Assembly: GCA_044450345.1 (NCBI GenBank)
Contig: JBIOIY010000021.1
Coordinates: forward strand, 1 to 42,211
DNA length: 42,211 nt
Source: Thermodesulfovibrionales bacterium
GTDB lineage: Bacteria; Nitrospirota; Thermodesulfovibrionia; Thermodesulfovibrionales; UBA6898
Direction of reading: 5' to 3'
The translations under genes and the position numbers were made by a program. Below, one piece after another: positions 1 through 8,580 of this stretch; the first letter of the stretch is position 1; every line of letters begins with the position of its first letter. The notes under the pieces are model-generated. The model was given only the letters and a program-made list of their open reading frames with translations. It was not told where the DNA came from and did not search any database.

Positions 1-137
<137 letters not shown>

Positions 138-193
138 TTTCTGGTTACTCAAAATACATTTGGAATTGTCAGGTATGCTACGCACCTTTTCTA

Positions 194-206
194 GTTTTCA
201 AAGAAC
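194..206 (-). promoter_or_regulatory. rrn antitermination boxA-like element
   Basis: Minus strand reads GTTCTTTGAAAAC between the rrn promoter and the 16S gene. Confidence 0.75.
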
Positions 207-214
207 GAGTAGAT

Positions 215-244
215 AATATAACCTAATAAATTATTATTTGTCAA
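215..244 (-). promoter_or_regulatory. sigma70 promoter of the rRNA operon
   Basis: TTGACA (244-239), 18-nt spacer, TATATT (220-215). Confidence 0.75.
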
Positions 245-381
245 GAAAAGGAGAGGGGGAAAATATATTTATTTTTCGGCCCCTTTCCCGCCAATTGAGG
301 CTACAACTATACCATTTCTTCAAATAACATTTCCACCCTTTTTCGTGTAAAATGAATAATATATCGGTCGTTCGGAGGCAT

Positions 382-1998
382 ATGAAGCAAAAAAAAGATC
401 TGCTAATTCCTGAGGAATCTCGTGCGGTCCTTCGTAAGGAATTCCGCCAACTTAAGGAAGATATAAAAATTATCGTCTTCACGGACGATAAGGCTAACAA
501 ACCCTTCAACGAATATTCGGTAAACCTCCTCAGCGAGCTTGCCGAAACTAGTGAGAAGATCAAGCCGGTATTCGAAAAAATCACAGAGGATGCGGTTCAA
601 AAGTACGGGGTATCGAGGACACCGACACTGCTTGTACAGCCCGACAAGTACAGTATCCGTTTCACCGGGGCACCCGCCGGAGAGGAGACGCGGACCCTTC
701 TTCTCTCTATCATAATGGCGTCGGCAGCAGGCACAATACTTTCAGAACCTTCGAAAAAAAGATTGAACGATCTCAAAGAAGAACGCTCTATTAAAGTATT
801 CGTGAGCCCGACTTGTCCCTATTGCCCGCAACAGGCCGCGCTGGCAATTTCGGCAGCAATCGAAAAACCAGGGATGATATCCGCGGAGATGATAGAGATT
901 TATGAGAACAGAGACCTCGCGTCGCAATATGGGGTAGTCTCTGTCCCTCAGACTTTCATAAATGATCAGCTGGTCGCGCCCGGCCTTCACCCGGAAGAGG
1001 TATTTATCGAGGAGATAATAACCGCCGCGCCTGTCCATATCCAGGCGGCGGAACTCCATGAAGGCCAGGAAAAGGATCTAGTCATCATCGGGGCGGGGCC
1101 GGCAGGCCTGACGGCCGCCATTTATGCCGAGCGAAGCGGCCTCAAATCGATCGTTTTAGAAAAAGCCAATATCGGCGGACAAGTTGCAATTACGCCGGTG
1201 GTTGAAAATTATCCGGCCTTCACGCGTATTGCCGGCAAGACCTTAATGGATATGATGGCGCAACAGGCGATCACCTATACCGATATTCACGACGGCGAGG
1301 AGGTACTGGACATCAGGAAAAATGACGGCGTCTTCGAAGTCCTTACACACAGGGCAAAGTATTCCGCAAAGGCGGTCCTGATCACTGCAGGCGTCGAAAG
1401 TAAAAAGCTGGACGTGCCGGGGGAGAAACAATTTCAGGGAAGGGGTGTAAGTTACTGCGCCGCATGTGACGGATACTTTTTTAAGGATGGGAAAAAGGTC
1501 ATCGTCGTTGGCGGAGGCAACACCGCAGCTACTGAAGCGCTGTATCTGAAAAACATCGGGGTCGATGTCACTCTCGTCCATCGCAGAGATAAACTGAGGG
1601 CCGAGCAGATTCTTCAGCAAAGTATTGAGGACAACAAAATACCTATCTCCTGGAATTCTATCGTCAAAGAGATAAAGGGAGACAGGCTCGTTACAGGGGC
1701 AGTATTGGAAAACATCGCAGACAAATCCATCAGCGAGATCAAGGTGGACGGTGTCTTCATTGCGATCGGATATGTTCCTAATAACGAACTCGCAAAAAAG
1801 CTCGGTGTCGAAACAGACGGAGAAGGTTACGTAAAGGTCGACCATGCTCACAGGACCAATGTGCCTGGTATCTACGCTGCGGGAGATATCACAGGTGGAT
1901 TCAAACAGATAGTTACGGCAGTGGGACAAGGTGCAGTGGCGGCAATGTCAATATTTGAGGACATCTCGCATCCGTATTGGACAGAAAAAAAAGATTGA
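382..1998 (+). CDS. trxB: Thioredoxin reductase with N-terminal tandem thioredoxin-fold (PDO/AhpF-N-like) domains
   Basis: CPYC in the second Trx domain; GAGPAG FAD motif, GVSYCAACDG redox motif, GGGNTA NAD(P)H motif, YAAGD. GGAGG SD precedes the ATG at 382. Confidence 0.9.
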   Translation: MKQKKDLLIPEESRAVLRKEFRQLKEDIKIIVFTDDKANKPFNEYSVNLLSELAETSEKIKPVFEKITEDAVQKYGVSRTPTLLVQPDKYSIRFTGAPAGEETRTLLLSIIMASAAGTILSEPSKKRLNDLKEERSIKVFVSPTCPYCPQQAALAISAAIEKPGMISAEMIEIYENRDLASQYGVVSVPQTFINDQLVAPGLHPEEVFIEEIITAAPVHIQAAELHEGQEKDLVIIGAGPAGLTAAIYAERSGLKSIVLEKANIGGQVAITPVVENYPAFTRIAGKTLMDMMAQQAITYTDIHDGEEVLDIRKNDGVFEVLTHRAKYSAKAVLITAGVESKKLDVPGEKQFQGRGVSYCAACDGYFFKDGKKVIVVGGGNTAATEALYLKNIGVDVTLVHRRDKLRAEQILQQSIEDNKIPISWNSIVKEIKGDRLVTGAVLENIADKSISEIKVDGVFIAIGYVPNNELAKKLGVETDGEGYVKVDHAHRTNVPGIYAAGDITGGFKQIVTAVGQGAVAAMSIFEDISHPYWTEKKD

Positions 1999-2138
1999 AA
2001 AATACCTGGGATGAGGAATGCCGTCCGGTACCTTCAGGCCCGGGGAATTAAGCTGCCGCATTCTCATAAAGCAATAGATTTCACAATGCCTGGATAATCA
2101 AGAATCATCTTTCCCGTGAAAGTGCAAAAAAATTCCAT

Positions 2139-2402
2139 TCAGATCTTCATTTTATGGAGCATTTCCGCATATTGGTCCCTTAAGACTTCCCACCTTTTTA
2201 GCGCCTCATATTCCTTCATCCAGGCGGCAAAATCCTCCTTTTGCCCTGAGATGTCTCCACCGGCGACTTTGTCTGCAAAGACCTCCGTCTTCATCTTATA
2301 TTTTGCCTCCATCCCGGCAAGGACCTTTCTGAATTGTTCGATCTTTTTCTCACAGATGTTAAGTTCTCTTGAAAGGGATATTTCGTATTCGTCAGTATGC
2401 AT
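2139..2402 (-). CDS. Small helical hypothetical protein (antitoxin-like motif)
   Basis: About 87 aa ORF directly downstream of the ThiI-like gene; coiled-coil N-terminus and E.KY.M.T..F..K...G......DF..W pattern. Confidence 0.65.
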   Translation of the reverse strand: MHTDEYEISLSRELNICEKKIEQFRKVLAGMEAKYKMKTEVFADKVAGGDISGQKEDFAAWMKEYEALKRWEVLRDQYAEMLHKMKI

Positions 2403-2421
2403 CGCCTTCAATAACCGGCGG

Positions 2422-3462
2422 TCATGCGCGCTGCAGGGATTCGCCGGAGGCCTTTTTCTCTATCTTGAGTTCCCTTACGATAAAGTCTGTCGCGGGGGAG
2501 ACCCTCAGAGTCGGGCCTTCGGCAACCCCGCTGATCACCTTAACGTCCACCTTGTCCAATCTCCTGCCATCTGAGTATCGCGCACAAAGCGCGGCGGCGA
2601 TCAAGATCGCCTCTTCATCCGTCCTTCCACTCAGCAGCGTCATTGGACTTCCATGTCCAAGGACTCTCATTAGTGGGCTATGGTCATCGGCAAGTTTAAG
2701 GAGGGCCTCATTTTCGGCTTTGTCCCGGCCTACGATCACCTTGCATTCCGAAGATATCCTAAAATGCCTTCCAACTCTGAGCAACTGGAGATCAAGCAGA
2801 GAAGGATCGGGGTTGTGATTGAGGAGTTCCCTCAGCCGGTATGCATAATTCGGCTCGGTAAGAAGACAGCCTCCCGCGGGGGCAGGATATTCTGTCAGTC
2901 CAAACTCTTCTGCGAGCGCCATCTGAGGTTTTCTCGATCGCCCGCCAAAACCGTACAGCATATCTCTGTTCACAAGGCCTTCCTCTTCGGGCATTGTGGG
3001 TTTCAGCAACTTCGCACTCAATGGCCTTAACACGAGACCTTTCAGCCCCGCTTCTCTGTCTATGATATTGAGGGAATCCCGCCTCTGGCTCATCGGCCTT
3101 TGCCCAAGGACTTCTCCGGTGACGATAAATTCAGCCCCTGTCATTTCCATAAACTCCTTCGCCTCTTTCAGCATCAGAATCCTGCAGTCCACGCAGGGGT
3201 TCATGTTCTTACCGTGGCCGAACTTTGGATTTTTCACGATAGATATGAACTTATCCGCCAGATGGCTCATCTTTACTTCGAACCCAAATTTCTCTGCGGC
3301 TGCGAATGGGTTCTTGGAACAGGAGGACCTGTCTGAAACATCGCATCCGAAGTGGTTCATGAAGGTGACCGCCGTCACTTCAATCGCCTGCCTCAGGACC
3401 GCAATGATAGCGAGTGTACTGTCAAGCCCTCCGGAATATAACGCAACCGCTTTCCTTTTCAC
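2422..3462 (-). CDS. ThiI/MnmA-like PP-loop tRNA sulfurtransferase fused to an NFACT-R (DUF814) RNA-binding domain
   Basis: SGGLDS PP-loop, NPCVDCR, TGEVLGQRPMSQ, PAGGCLLT; C-terminal IVGRD..EN...AA.LCARYSD. Confidence 0.85.
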   Translation of the reverse strand: MKRKAVALYSGGLDSTLAIIAVLRQAIEVTAVTFMNHFGCDVSDRSSCSKNPFAAAEKFGFEVKMSHLADKFISIVKNPKFGHGKNMNPCVDCRILMLKEAKEFMEMTGAEFIVTGEVLGQRPMSQRRDSLNIIDREAGLKGLVLRPLSAKLLKPTMPEEEGLVNRDMLYGFGGRSRKPQMALAEEFGLTEYPAPAGGCLLTEPNYAYRLRELLNHNPDPSLLDLQLLRVGRHFRISSECKVIVGRDKAENEALLKLADDHSPLMRVLGHGSPMTLLSGRTDEEAILIAAALCARYSDGRRLDKVDVKVISGVAEGPTLRVSPATDFIVRELKIEKKASGESLQRA

Positions 3463-3471
3463 TCCTCTCCC

Positions 3472-4458
3472 TCAGTCCTCACTCTCGAATGATTTTAGAA
3501 TTTGCTCAGGCGATGCCACTGCAGTACCCACTTCGCCCACCACAACACCAGCTGCATGATTTGCAAGGACTGCGGCTTCTTCCATACTTGCGCCGGAAGC
3601 TTGTGCAAGCGTAAAGGCCGAGATGACCGTATCTCCGGCCCCGGTCACGTCGTATACCTTCCGGGCGACCGTCGGTATATGAGTAACGGCACTCCGCTCA
3701 AAAAGGCTCATCCCTTGTTCACCGCGGGTAATCAGCACTGCGGCACACCCGAGTTTCCTCATAAGTGCCTTGCCAGCCCGGAGAAGGGTCTTTTGATCAT
3801 AGATATCGATGCTGGAACCGCTCGATGCCTCCATAATGTTCGGGGTTATCAATGATACGCCCCTATATAGATCGAAGTGACCGATTTTGGGGTCGACCGC
3901 AACGAACATTTCTCTGCGTGACCCTGACTTTCCGGATTTCGTATTTCTCAAAATACCTGTGATGAGTTCCCTCGAGACCATGCCCTTCTTATAATCTGAC
4001 ACTATGATCGCATCGTGACTAATGCCCACTGATTTTATATATTCAGTGACGCCCTTTAGTATAGTGCCGCCTACATACTTACTATCCTCACGGTCAAACC
4101 TTACGACCTGCTGGTTATGCGCAATTACTCTTGTCTTCACCGTCGTCGGCCTGTTTTCGGTGAAGATGCCGTTACAGTCCACCCCCTTCTCCGTAAGCAT
4201 GTCTACCAGGGTTTTACCTGCCATGTCCCGGCCTCCCATACCGACCACTGATGCCTTGCCGCCCATCGCAACGATGTTGTGTGCAACGTTGGCAGCCCCT
4301 CCGAGCATAAAGCTCTCCCTCGTGACCTCAACTACCGGCACAGGGGCCTCGGGCGATATCCGGCGGACCTTCCCCCATATGTAATGATCGAGGATAAGGT
4401 CGCCGATGATAAGAATGCGTCTCTCTCCGAAACTCTCTATAATTTTCTGATAATTCAT
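3472..4458 (-). CDS. rfaE1: D-glycero-beta-D-manno-heptose-7-phosphate kinase (HldE domain I)
   Basis: IGDLILDHY, RISPEAPVPVV, SDYKKG, DVTGAGDT PfkB motif. Confidence 0.95.
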   Translation of the reverse strand: MNYQKIIESFGERRILIIGDLILDHYIWGKVRRISPEAPVPVVEVTRESFMLGGAANVAHNIVAMGGKASVVGMGGRDMAGKTLVDMLTEKGVDCNGIFTENRPTTVKTRVIAHNQQVVRFDREDSKYVGGTILKGVTEYIKSVGISHDAIIVSDYKKGMVSRELITGILRNTKSGKSGSRREMFVAVDPKIGHFDLYRGVSLITPNIMEASSGSSIDIYDQKTLLRAGKALMRKLGCAAVLITRGEQGMSLFERSAVTHIPTVARKVYDVTGAGDTVISAFTLAQASGASMEEAAVLANHAAGVVVGEVGTAVASPEQILKSFESED

Positions 4459-4504
4459 TGCTTTTACTATAACCGAATGGAAATCAAAAATTCCAAATTG
4501 CAAT

Positions 4505-4535
4505 AAAAAAAGGCGGGTCTTTCGACCCGCCTTTT
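4505..4535 (-). terminator. Rho-independent terminator of the porin gene
   Basis: GGCGGGTC-GAAA-GACCCGCC stem followed by 7 T on the minus strand. Confidence 0.9.
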
Positions 4536-4559
4536 GAAAATCAAGTTCTAAGGTTGACC

Positions 4560-5864
4560 TTAGAAGCTGAGGGTAATCATGTGTCTCAGAACTGTTGCGT
4601 TCTTCTTGTCGTCGCCGTAGAAGCTTCCTGCCTTGAGATAACCAGCGTCTACCTGATAGTTAAGGTTCCTGGCTAAGGCGTAAACAACCTTGGCATCCGC
4701 TTCCCAGCCGATGCTTTTCGAATCGCTGCCGGCAACTGCGGTGTTGGATTTGGTAGCCCTGAGTAAATAGCCGTCAAGAGAGGCCTTCAGGTCCTTCATA
4801 GGAGCAAAGTCAACGCCGAGGTTTAAGTAGGTGGTATTGGAGATACCGGTGCTTATGCCGCCAGCCGCGCTGGTCACGTTATATTCATATATCAAGGTAT
4901 AGTGCTGCTGGTTGCTGAGGAAGGTGTCGAACTTCTTTTCGCCTGTTCCGTCGCTGTCGCCGGTGCCGTAAGCTGCGCTGGCCCTGATGCCGACAGGATC
5001 AATGCTGTATCCCAGGCCTGCCATTAAGCCGTAGCCTTTTGCCTTTTTGCCTGTCGACTTGTCGCCAAACTGGAAGTCTGCTTCGGCCTTATAAGTAAGA
5101 CCGGAGATATTGCCGTTTGCGTGCAGGCCAAGGTTAGACTCTTTCAATCCGGCCGCTGACAGATTCAGATAGGTGTAGTGGATGCCGACAGTGTTCTTCG
5201 GGTCCCACTTGAAAACTGCGAGACCGACATAACCGTCGAGGTCATCGGTATTGCTCTGCCTCGTGCCTTCAAGGAACTTGATGGTGAGCAAGCCGACATG
5301 GAGTTCCTTCGTGGGGTCCATGAAGAATACGATCGCATCATCGCCGAACTTGGTGTTTTCAAAGAACTGCCACTCGCCGAGAGCAAGCGGCATATGGCCG
5401 ATCTTCAGTCCTGCAGGGAAGCCCAAAAGCCCCTGCCCGCTATACAATATCCAGTCCTGAAGGATCTTTATATCGGCAGGCTTCGAATCGAAGTTGCCCC
5501 AGATGTATCTGTCGCCGCTAGCAGCAGCAGTACCATTGATCTCATTTCCTGATTCGAGCTGGATAAAGCCTTCGACGTTCGGGGTCACCTTTGCGTCGAC
5601 GGAAAGCCTCACCCTCTGGTCGTACCATGCCGATGAACCGCCGTCGCCGGGCAGACCGTTGATTGCCTTAGCGCCTGTGGTGTCAACGATATTGTGTATG
5701 TACCAGCCTCTGGTCCTTAACTCACCGTCGATGCTGATCTGTGTGGCACCTTTTGCCACAACTGCCTGGGTCTCTGCCGGTATCTCAGCATGGATGGCAA
5801 AGGCACTCGCTGCAAAACTTAATACGAATATTGCTCCTAAAATTATCGCTAAAAACTTTTTCAA
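4560..5864 (-). CDS. Outer membrane beta-barrel porin (alginate export/OmpJ-like), probably abundant
   Basis: Signal peptide ending AFA, amphipathic beta strands, C-terminal Phe, strong AAGGAGG SD before TTG, own promoter and terminator. Confidence 0.85.
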   Translation of the reverse strand: MKKFLAIILGAIFVLSFAASAFAIHAEIPAETQAVVAKGATQISIDGELRTRGWYIHNIVDTTGAKAINGLPGDGGSSAWYDQRVRLSVDAKVTPNVEGFIQLESGNEINGTAAASGDRYIWGNFDSKPADIKILQDWILYSGQGLLGFPAGLKIGHMPLALGEWQFFENTKFGDDAIVFFMDPTKELHVGLLTIKFLEGTRQSNTDDLDGYVGLAVFKWDPKNTVGIHYTYLNLSAAGLKESNLGLHANGNISGLTYKAEADFQFGDKSTGKKAKGYGLMAGLGYSIDPVGIRASAAYGTGDSDGTGEKKFDTFLSNQQHYTLIYEYNVTSAAGGISTGISNTTYLNLGVDFAPMKDLKASLDGYLLRATKSNTAVAGSDSKSIGWEADAKVVYALARNLNYQVDAGYLKAGSFYGDDKKNATVLRHMITLSF

Positions 5865-5884
5865 TTCGCTAACCCTCCTTCTGT

Positions 5885-5947
5885 GAAGTTGGAAGTTAGA
5901 CATTAGAAGTTAGGGCTTATATGAATCTAACAACTAACAGCTAACTA
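5885..5947. repeat. Opposed heptamer tandem repeats, (GAAGTTA)-like x5 and (CTAACAN)-like x3
   Basis: gaagttg gaagtta gacatta gaagtta gggctta at 5885-5919; ctaacaa ctaacag ctaacta at 5927-5947. Confidence 0.75.
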
Positions 5948-6116
5948 AAGATATTTTGTCCGCCAAGGGCGGATTTTCCATAATAACTGCGAAATTTTTG
6001 TTGACTTCTGCCTTTTGACTTCTTTATCACCTCCCCATAAAAGGTTCTGCCTCCCATGGAAGCTGCGTGCCGAAATATCACAAAAGTAAACCACATCTGC
6101 CGTTTTGAAATGAAAA

Positions 6117-6146
6117 TTTATATCATTCTGATACATAGTTTGTCAA
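6117..6146 (-). promoter_or_regulatory. sigma70 promoter of the porin gene
   Basis: TTGACA, 18-nt spacer ending TGA, then TATAAA. Confidence 0.6.
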
Positions 6147-6417
6147 GAAATTTCGTATGCCTGGTTTCTATTTTCCACAATTGGCGTCTTGTTATCTGCA
6201 AAAAAAAGGCCAACTTTTTTATATTGTTCAAAGGGAGTATGTTTACATAATATATCTATTATTTACAGAGTGTTATGCATGTGTTACGGCGAATGGGCTG
6301 CTGCTCATCTATGTATCTATTTTTCAACAGTCTCTTTGCAAATATGAGACAATCTTTCCAATGACGCCTTACAAGGGGCGGCATAATCCACCCGGCCTTT
6401 GTGCTAAAATGACATCT

Positions 6418-7491
6418 ATGCCGAAAATCATCTACAGGTCGCTCCTTAAGGACCTCCTTTTGACCTTCTTCGTTACACTCGCTTTTTTGAATTCCATCCT
6501 TATGATGGAAAAGATCCTCAGGTTGAGCAGGCTGCTCTCGGGGGTGGGAGCAACCGTGGCCGACATGGTCAGAATCATTATCTATCTTCAGCCCCAGCTC
6601 CTCATGCTGACCATCCCTATGTCGTTGCTGCTGTCGGTCCTTCTGGTCTATGGGAGGATGCACCTCGACAGTGAAATCATCGTCTTGAAGGCGGCCGGCA
6701 TGGATTATCCGGGAATTTCTTTCCCGGTAATGATCTTCGGTTTTCTTTGTTTTCTGGCAAGTGTCGCAGTAAGCTTTTACCTCGGCCCCTCAAGCAGCGT
6801 CCGGCTGAGGGAAGAGATAACGAAGATTATTGCGGTAAGGTCAACGCTTGCGATAGAAGAAGGAACTTTCAATACGTCATTTAAGGACCTGGTCATACTA
6901 GTGAAAGGCAAAAAATCGGCTGATACGCTCGAAGACATTTTCATTTACGATACTCGTTCCAAGGAGGAGCCGCGCATATTAATGGCAAAGGAAGGGAAGA
7001 TATTCATGCAGAACGATTCTACCATAGGTCTATATCTGCAAAATGGATATATGAATATCTCAAAAGGGAGCAACTCCACGGAGCTTTTTTTCAAGGCCTA
7101 CAAAATGGCCCTCTATCTCGATGCCCAATCCTCTTCGCCTAAAAAAATCGAACTCACCCCGATGCAGCTTTTCCACGGGGCGAAGAACGCCGACACGGGA
7201 AGGGCACGAACGTCTTTTTACCTCGAATTTCACCGGCGTCTGTCGCTGCCCTTCGTATGTCTTATCCTTGTCTTCCTTGGTCCCCCCCTCTCGTCCATGT
7301 CGGGAAAGTCGGGCAGACTGGGAGGACTGGCCATAGGACTCTTCGTCTTTACGCTGTACTATATGACGCTCATTTACGGCGAGAATCTTGCTGCTGCCTC
7401 GCGGATACCCCACTACGCCGGTGCCTGGGCAGCAACGCTGATACTGGGGGTTTTTGCCTTCGTCATGTTCAAGTCGGAGAGCAACCGTTGA
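6418..7491 (+). CDS. lptF: LPS export ABC transporter permease LptF
   Basis: YjgP/YjgQ topology (3 TM, periplasmic domain, 3 TM); motifs DSEIIVLKAAG and EFHRRLSLPF. Confidence 0.9.
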   Translation: MPKIIYRSLLKDLLLTFFVTLAFLNSILMMEKILRLSRLLSGVGATVADMVRIIIYLQPQLLMLTIPMSLLLSVLLVYGRMHLDSEIIVLKAAGMDYPGISFPVMIFGFLCFLASVAVSFYLGPSSSVRLREEITKIIAVRSTLAIEEGTFNTSFKDLVILVKGKKSADTLEDIFIYDTRSKEEPRILMAKEGKIFMQNDSTIGLYLQNGYMNISKGSNSTELFFKAYKMALYLDAQSSSPKKIELTPMQLFHGAKNADTGRARTSFYLEFHRRLSLPFVCLILVFLGPPLSSMSGKSGRLGGLAIGLFVFTLYYMTLIYGENLAAASRIPHYAGAWAATLILGVFAFVMFKSESNR

Positions 7492-8552
7492 AAATAATAC
7501 AGAGGCTTTATCTTAAAGATTTCCTGAAGTTGCTTCTTCTTCTTTCAGGCGGGCTGTCGGTCATCTTCAGCCTGCTGGACATGATAGACAAGATAGGCAG
7601 TTTTATGCCCGGGAAGTCTTCTACTGCCGATCTGTTGATGTATGCGTCTTACAACATCCCGAAACTGTTTCTTTATGTCCTCCCGATGTCCGTGCTCATC
7701 TGCAGTCTGTTTACGTTCAGTCAGGCCGCTCGCAGGAAGGAGATCACTGCCATAAAAGCAGCAGGCGGTAAATTGCGCGCGTTGTCCTATCCCTTTATCG
7801 TCATGGGCACGCTTCTCAGCCTCTTCGCTTTTATTACCGGAGAAATCATCGTGCCGGACTTTTCCAAAAGGGCCGCAGACCTCAAAAACGTCCTCGAGGG
7901 CAAAAGCAGGCGGCTCAATGTTACCGAGGGAGGACTTTGGCTGAGAAGTAAGGACGGGTCGCCTGTCAAGATTGATCTTTATGTCACCGAAAGGAAGGCG
8001 GCGGAAGGGATAAGTGTTTTTGTTGTAGGCAATGACTCCCTGAAAGAGAAGATCTTTGCCAGGAGGGCCTTCTGGAACGGAAATACCTGGGTCTTTGAAG
8101 GTGTGATGATTTATAGTATCAAAACCGGGTCTGTAGAGCATTTACAGACAATGACCTATGACGGCCTCGAATCCCCGGACTTCTTCGCCGAGGAGCTTAA
8201 AGGAGCCGGAGAAATGGGGATCGCCGAACTTTATCGGTATATCCAAAGGTTGAAGAGCGCGGGATTCAGGAATGTGAAGCTGGCTGTCGACCTCGATTCC
8301 AAGGTCTCGTTTCCTCTCGTCAGTTTGTTCATGATGATGCTCGGCATTGCGCTTTCTTTCCGGATGAGTTTAGGCGGCGGTCTTTTCAGCGCAGGACTCG
8401 GGCTCCTCATATCACTTTTCTACTGGCTCAGCTATACCTTTTTCCTGTCGATGGGTTACGCTGGCGTTATCCCGGCATTTCTTTCCGCGTGGACGGTGCC
8501 ATCTATCTTCGGTGCGCTGTCTTTATATCTTTTCTTGCGTATACCCGAATAG
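7488..8552 (+). CDS. lptG: LPS export ABC transporter permease LptG
   Basis: Paralog of lptF (EITAIKAAG); TTG start overlaps the lptF stop. Confidence 0.9.
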   Translation: MKIIQRLYLKDFLKLLLLLSGGLSVIFSLLDMIDKIGSFMPGKSSTADLLMYASYNIPKLFLYVLPMSVLICSLFTFSQAARRKEITAIKAAGGKLRALSYPFIVMGTLLSLFAFITGEIIVPDFSKRAADLKNVLEGKSRRLNVTEGGLWLRSKDGSPVKIDLYVTERKAAEGISVFVVGNDSLKEKIFARRAFWNGNTWVFEGVMIYSIKTGSVEHLQTMTYDGLESPDFFAEELKGAGEMGIAELYRYIQRLKSAGFRNVKLAVDLDSKVSFPLVSLFMMMLGIALSFRMSLGGGLFSAGLGLLISLFYWLSYTFFLSMGYAGVIPAFLSAWTVPSIFGALSLYLFLRIPE

Positions 8553-8580
8553 TCATCGTACTATCAAGTAGGACAGCCGG

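Noticed and set aside
1996..2097. Possible selenocysteine read-through of the trxB TGA (downstream hairpin) or a 28-aa ORF MRNAVRYLQARGI...
   Set aside because: The TGA is at the normal TrxR C-terminus with no redox-motif context, and the small ORF has no SD.
5945..6136. 63-aa ORF upstream of the porin
   Set aside because: It starts within the predicted promoter spacer, has no SD and no recognisable features; better explained as leader sequence.
6157..6417. Long N-terminal extensions in the ORF track (lptF, lptG, GH57, typA, nuoA, nuoD, nuoE, nuoG)
   Set aside because: They overlap neighbouring genes or promoters; family similarity begins at the downstream starts I report.
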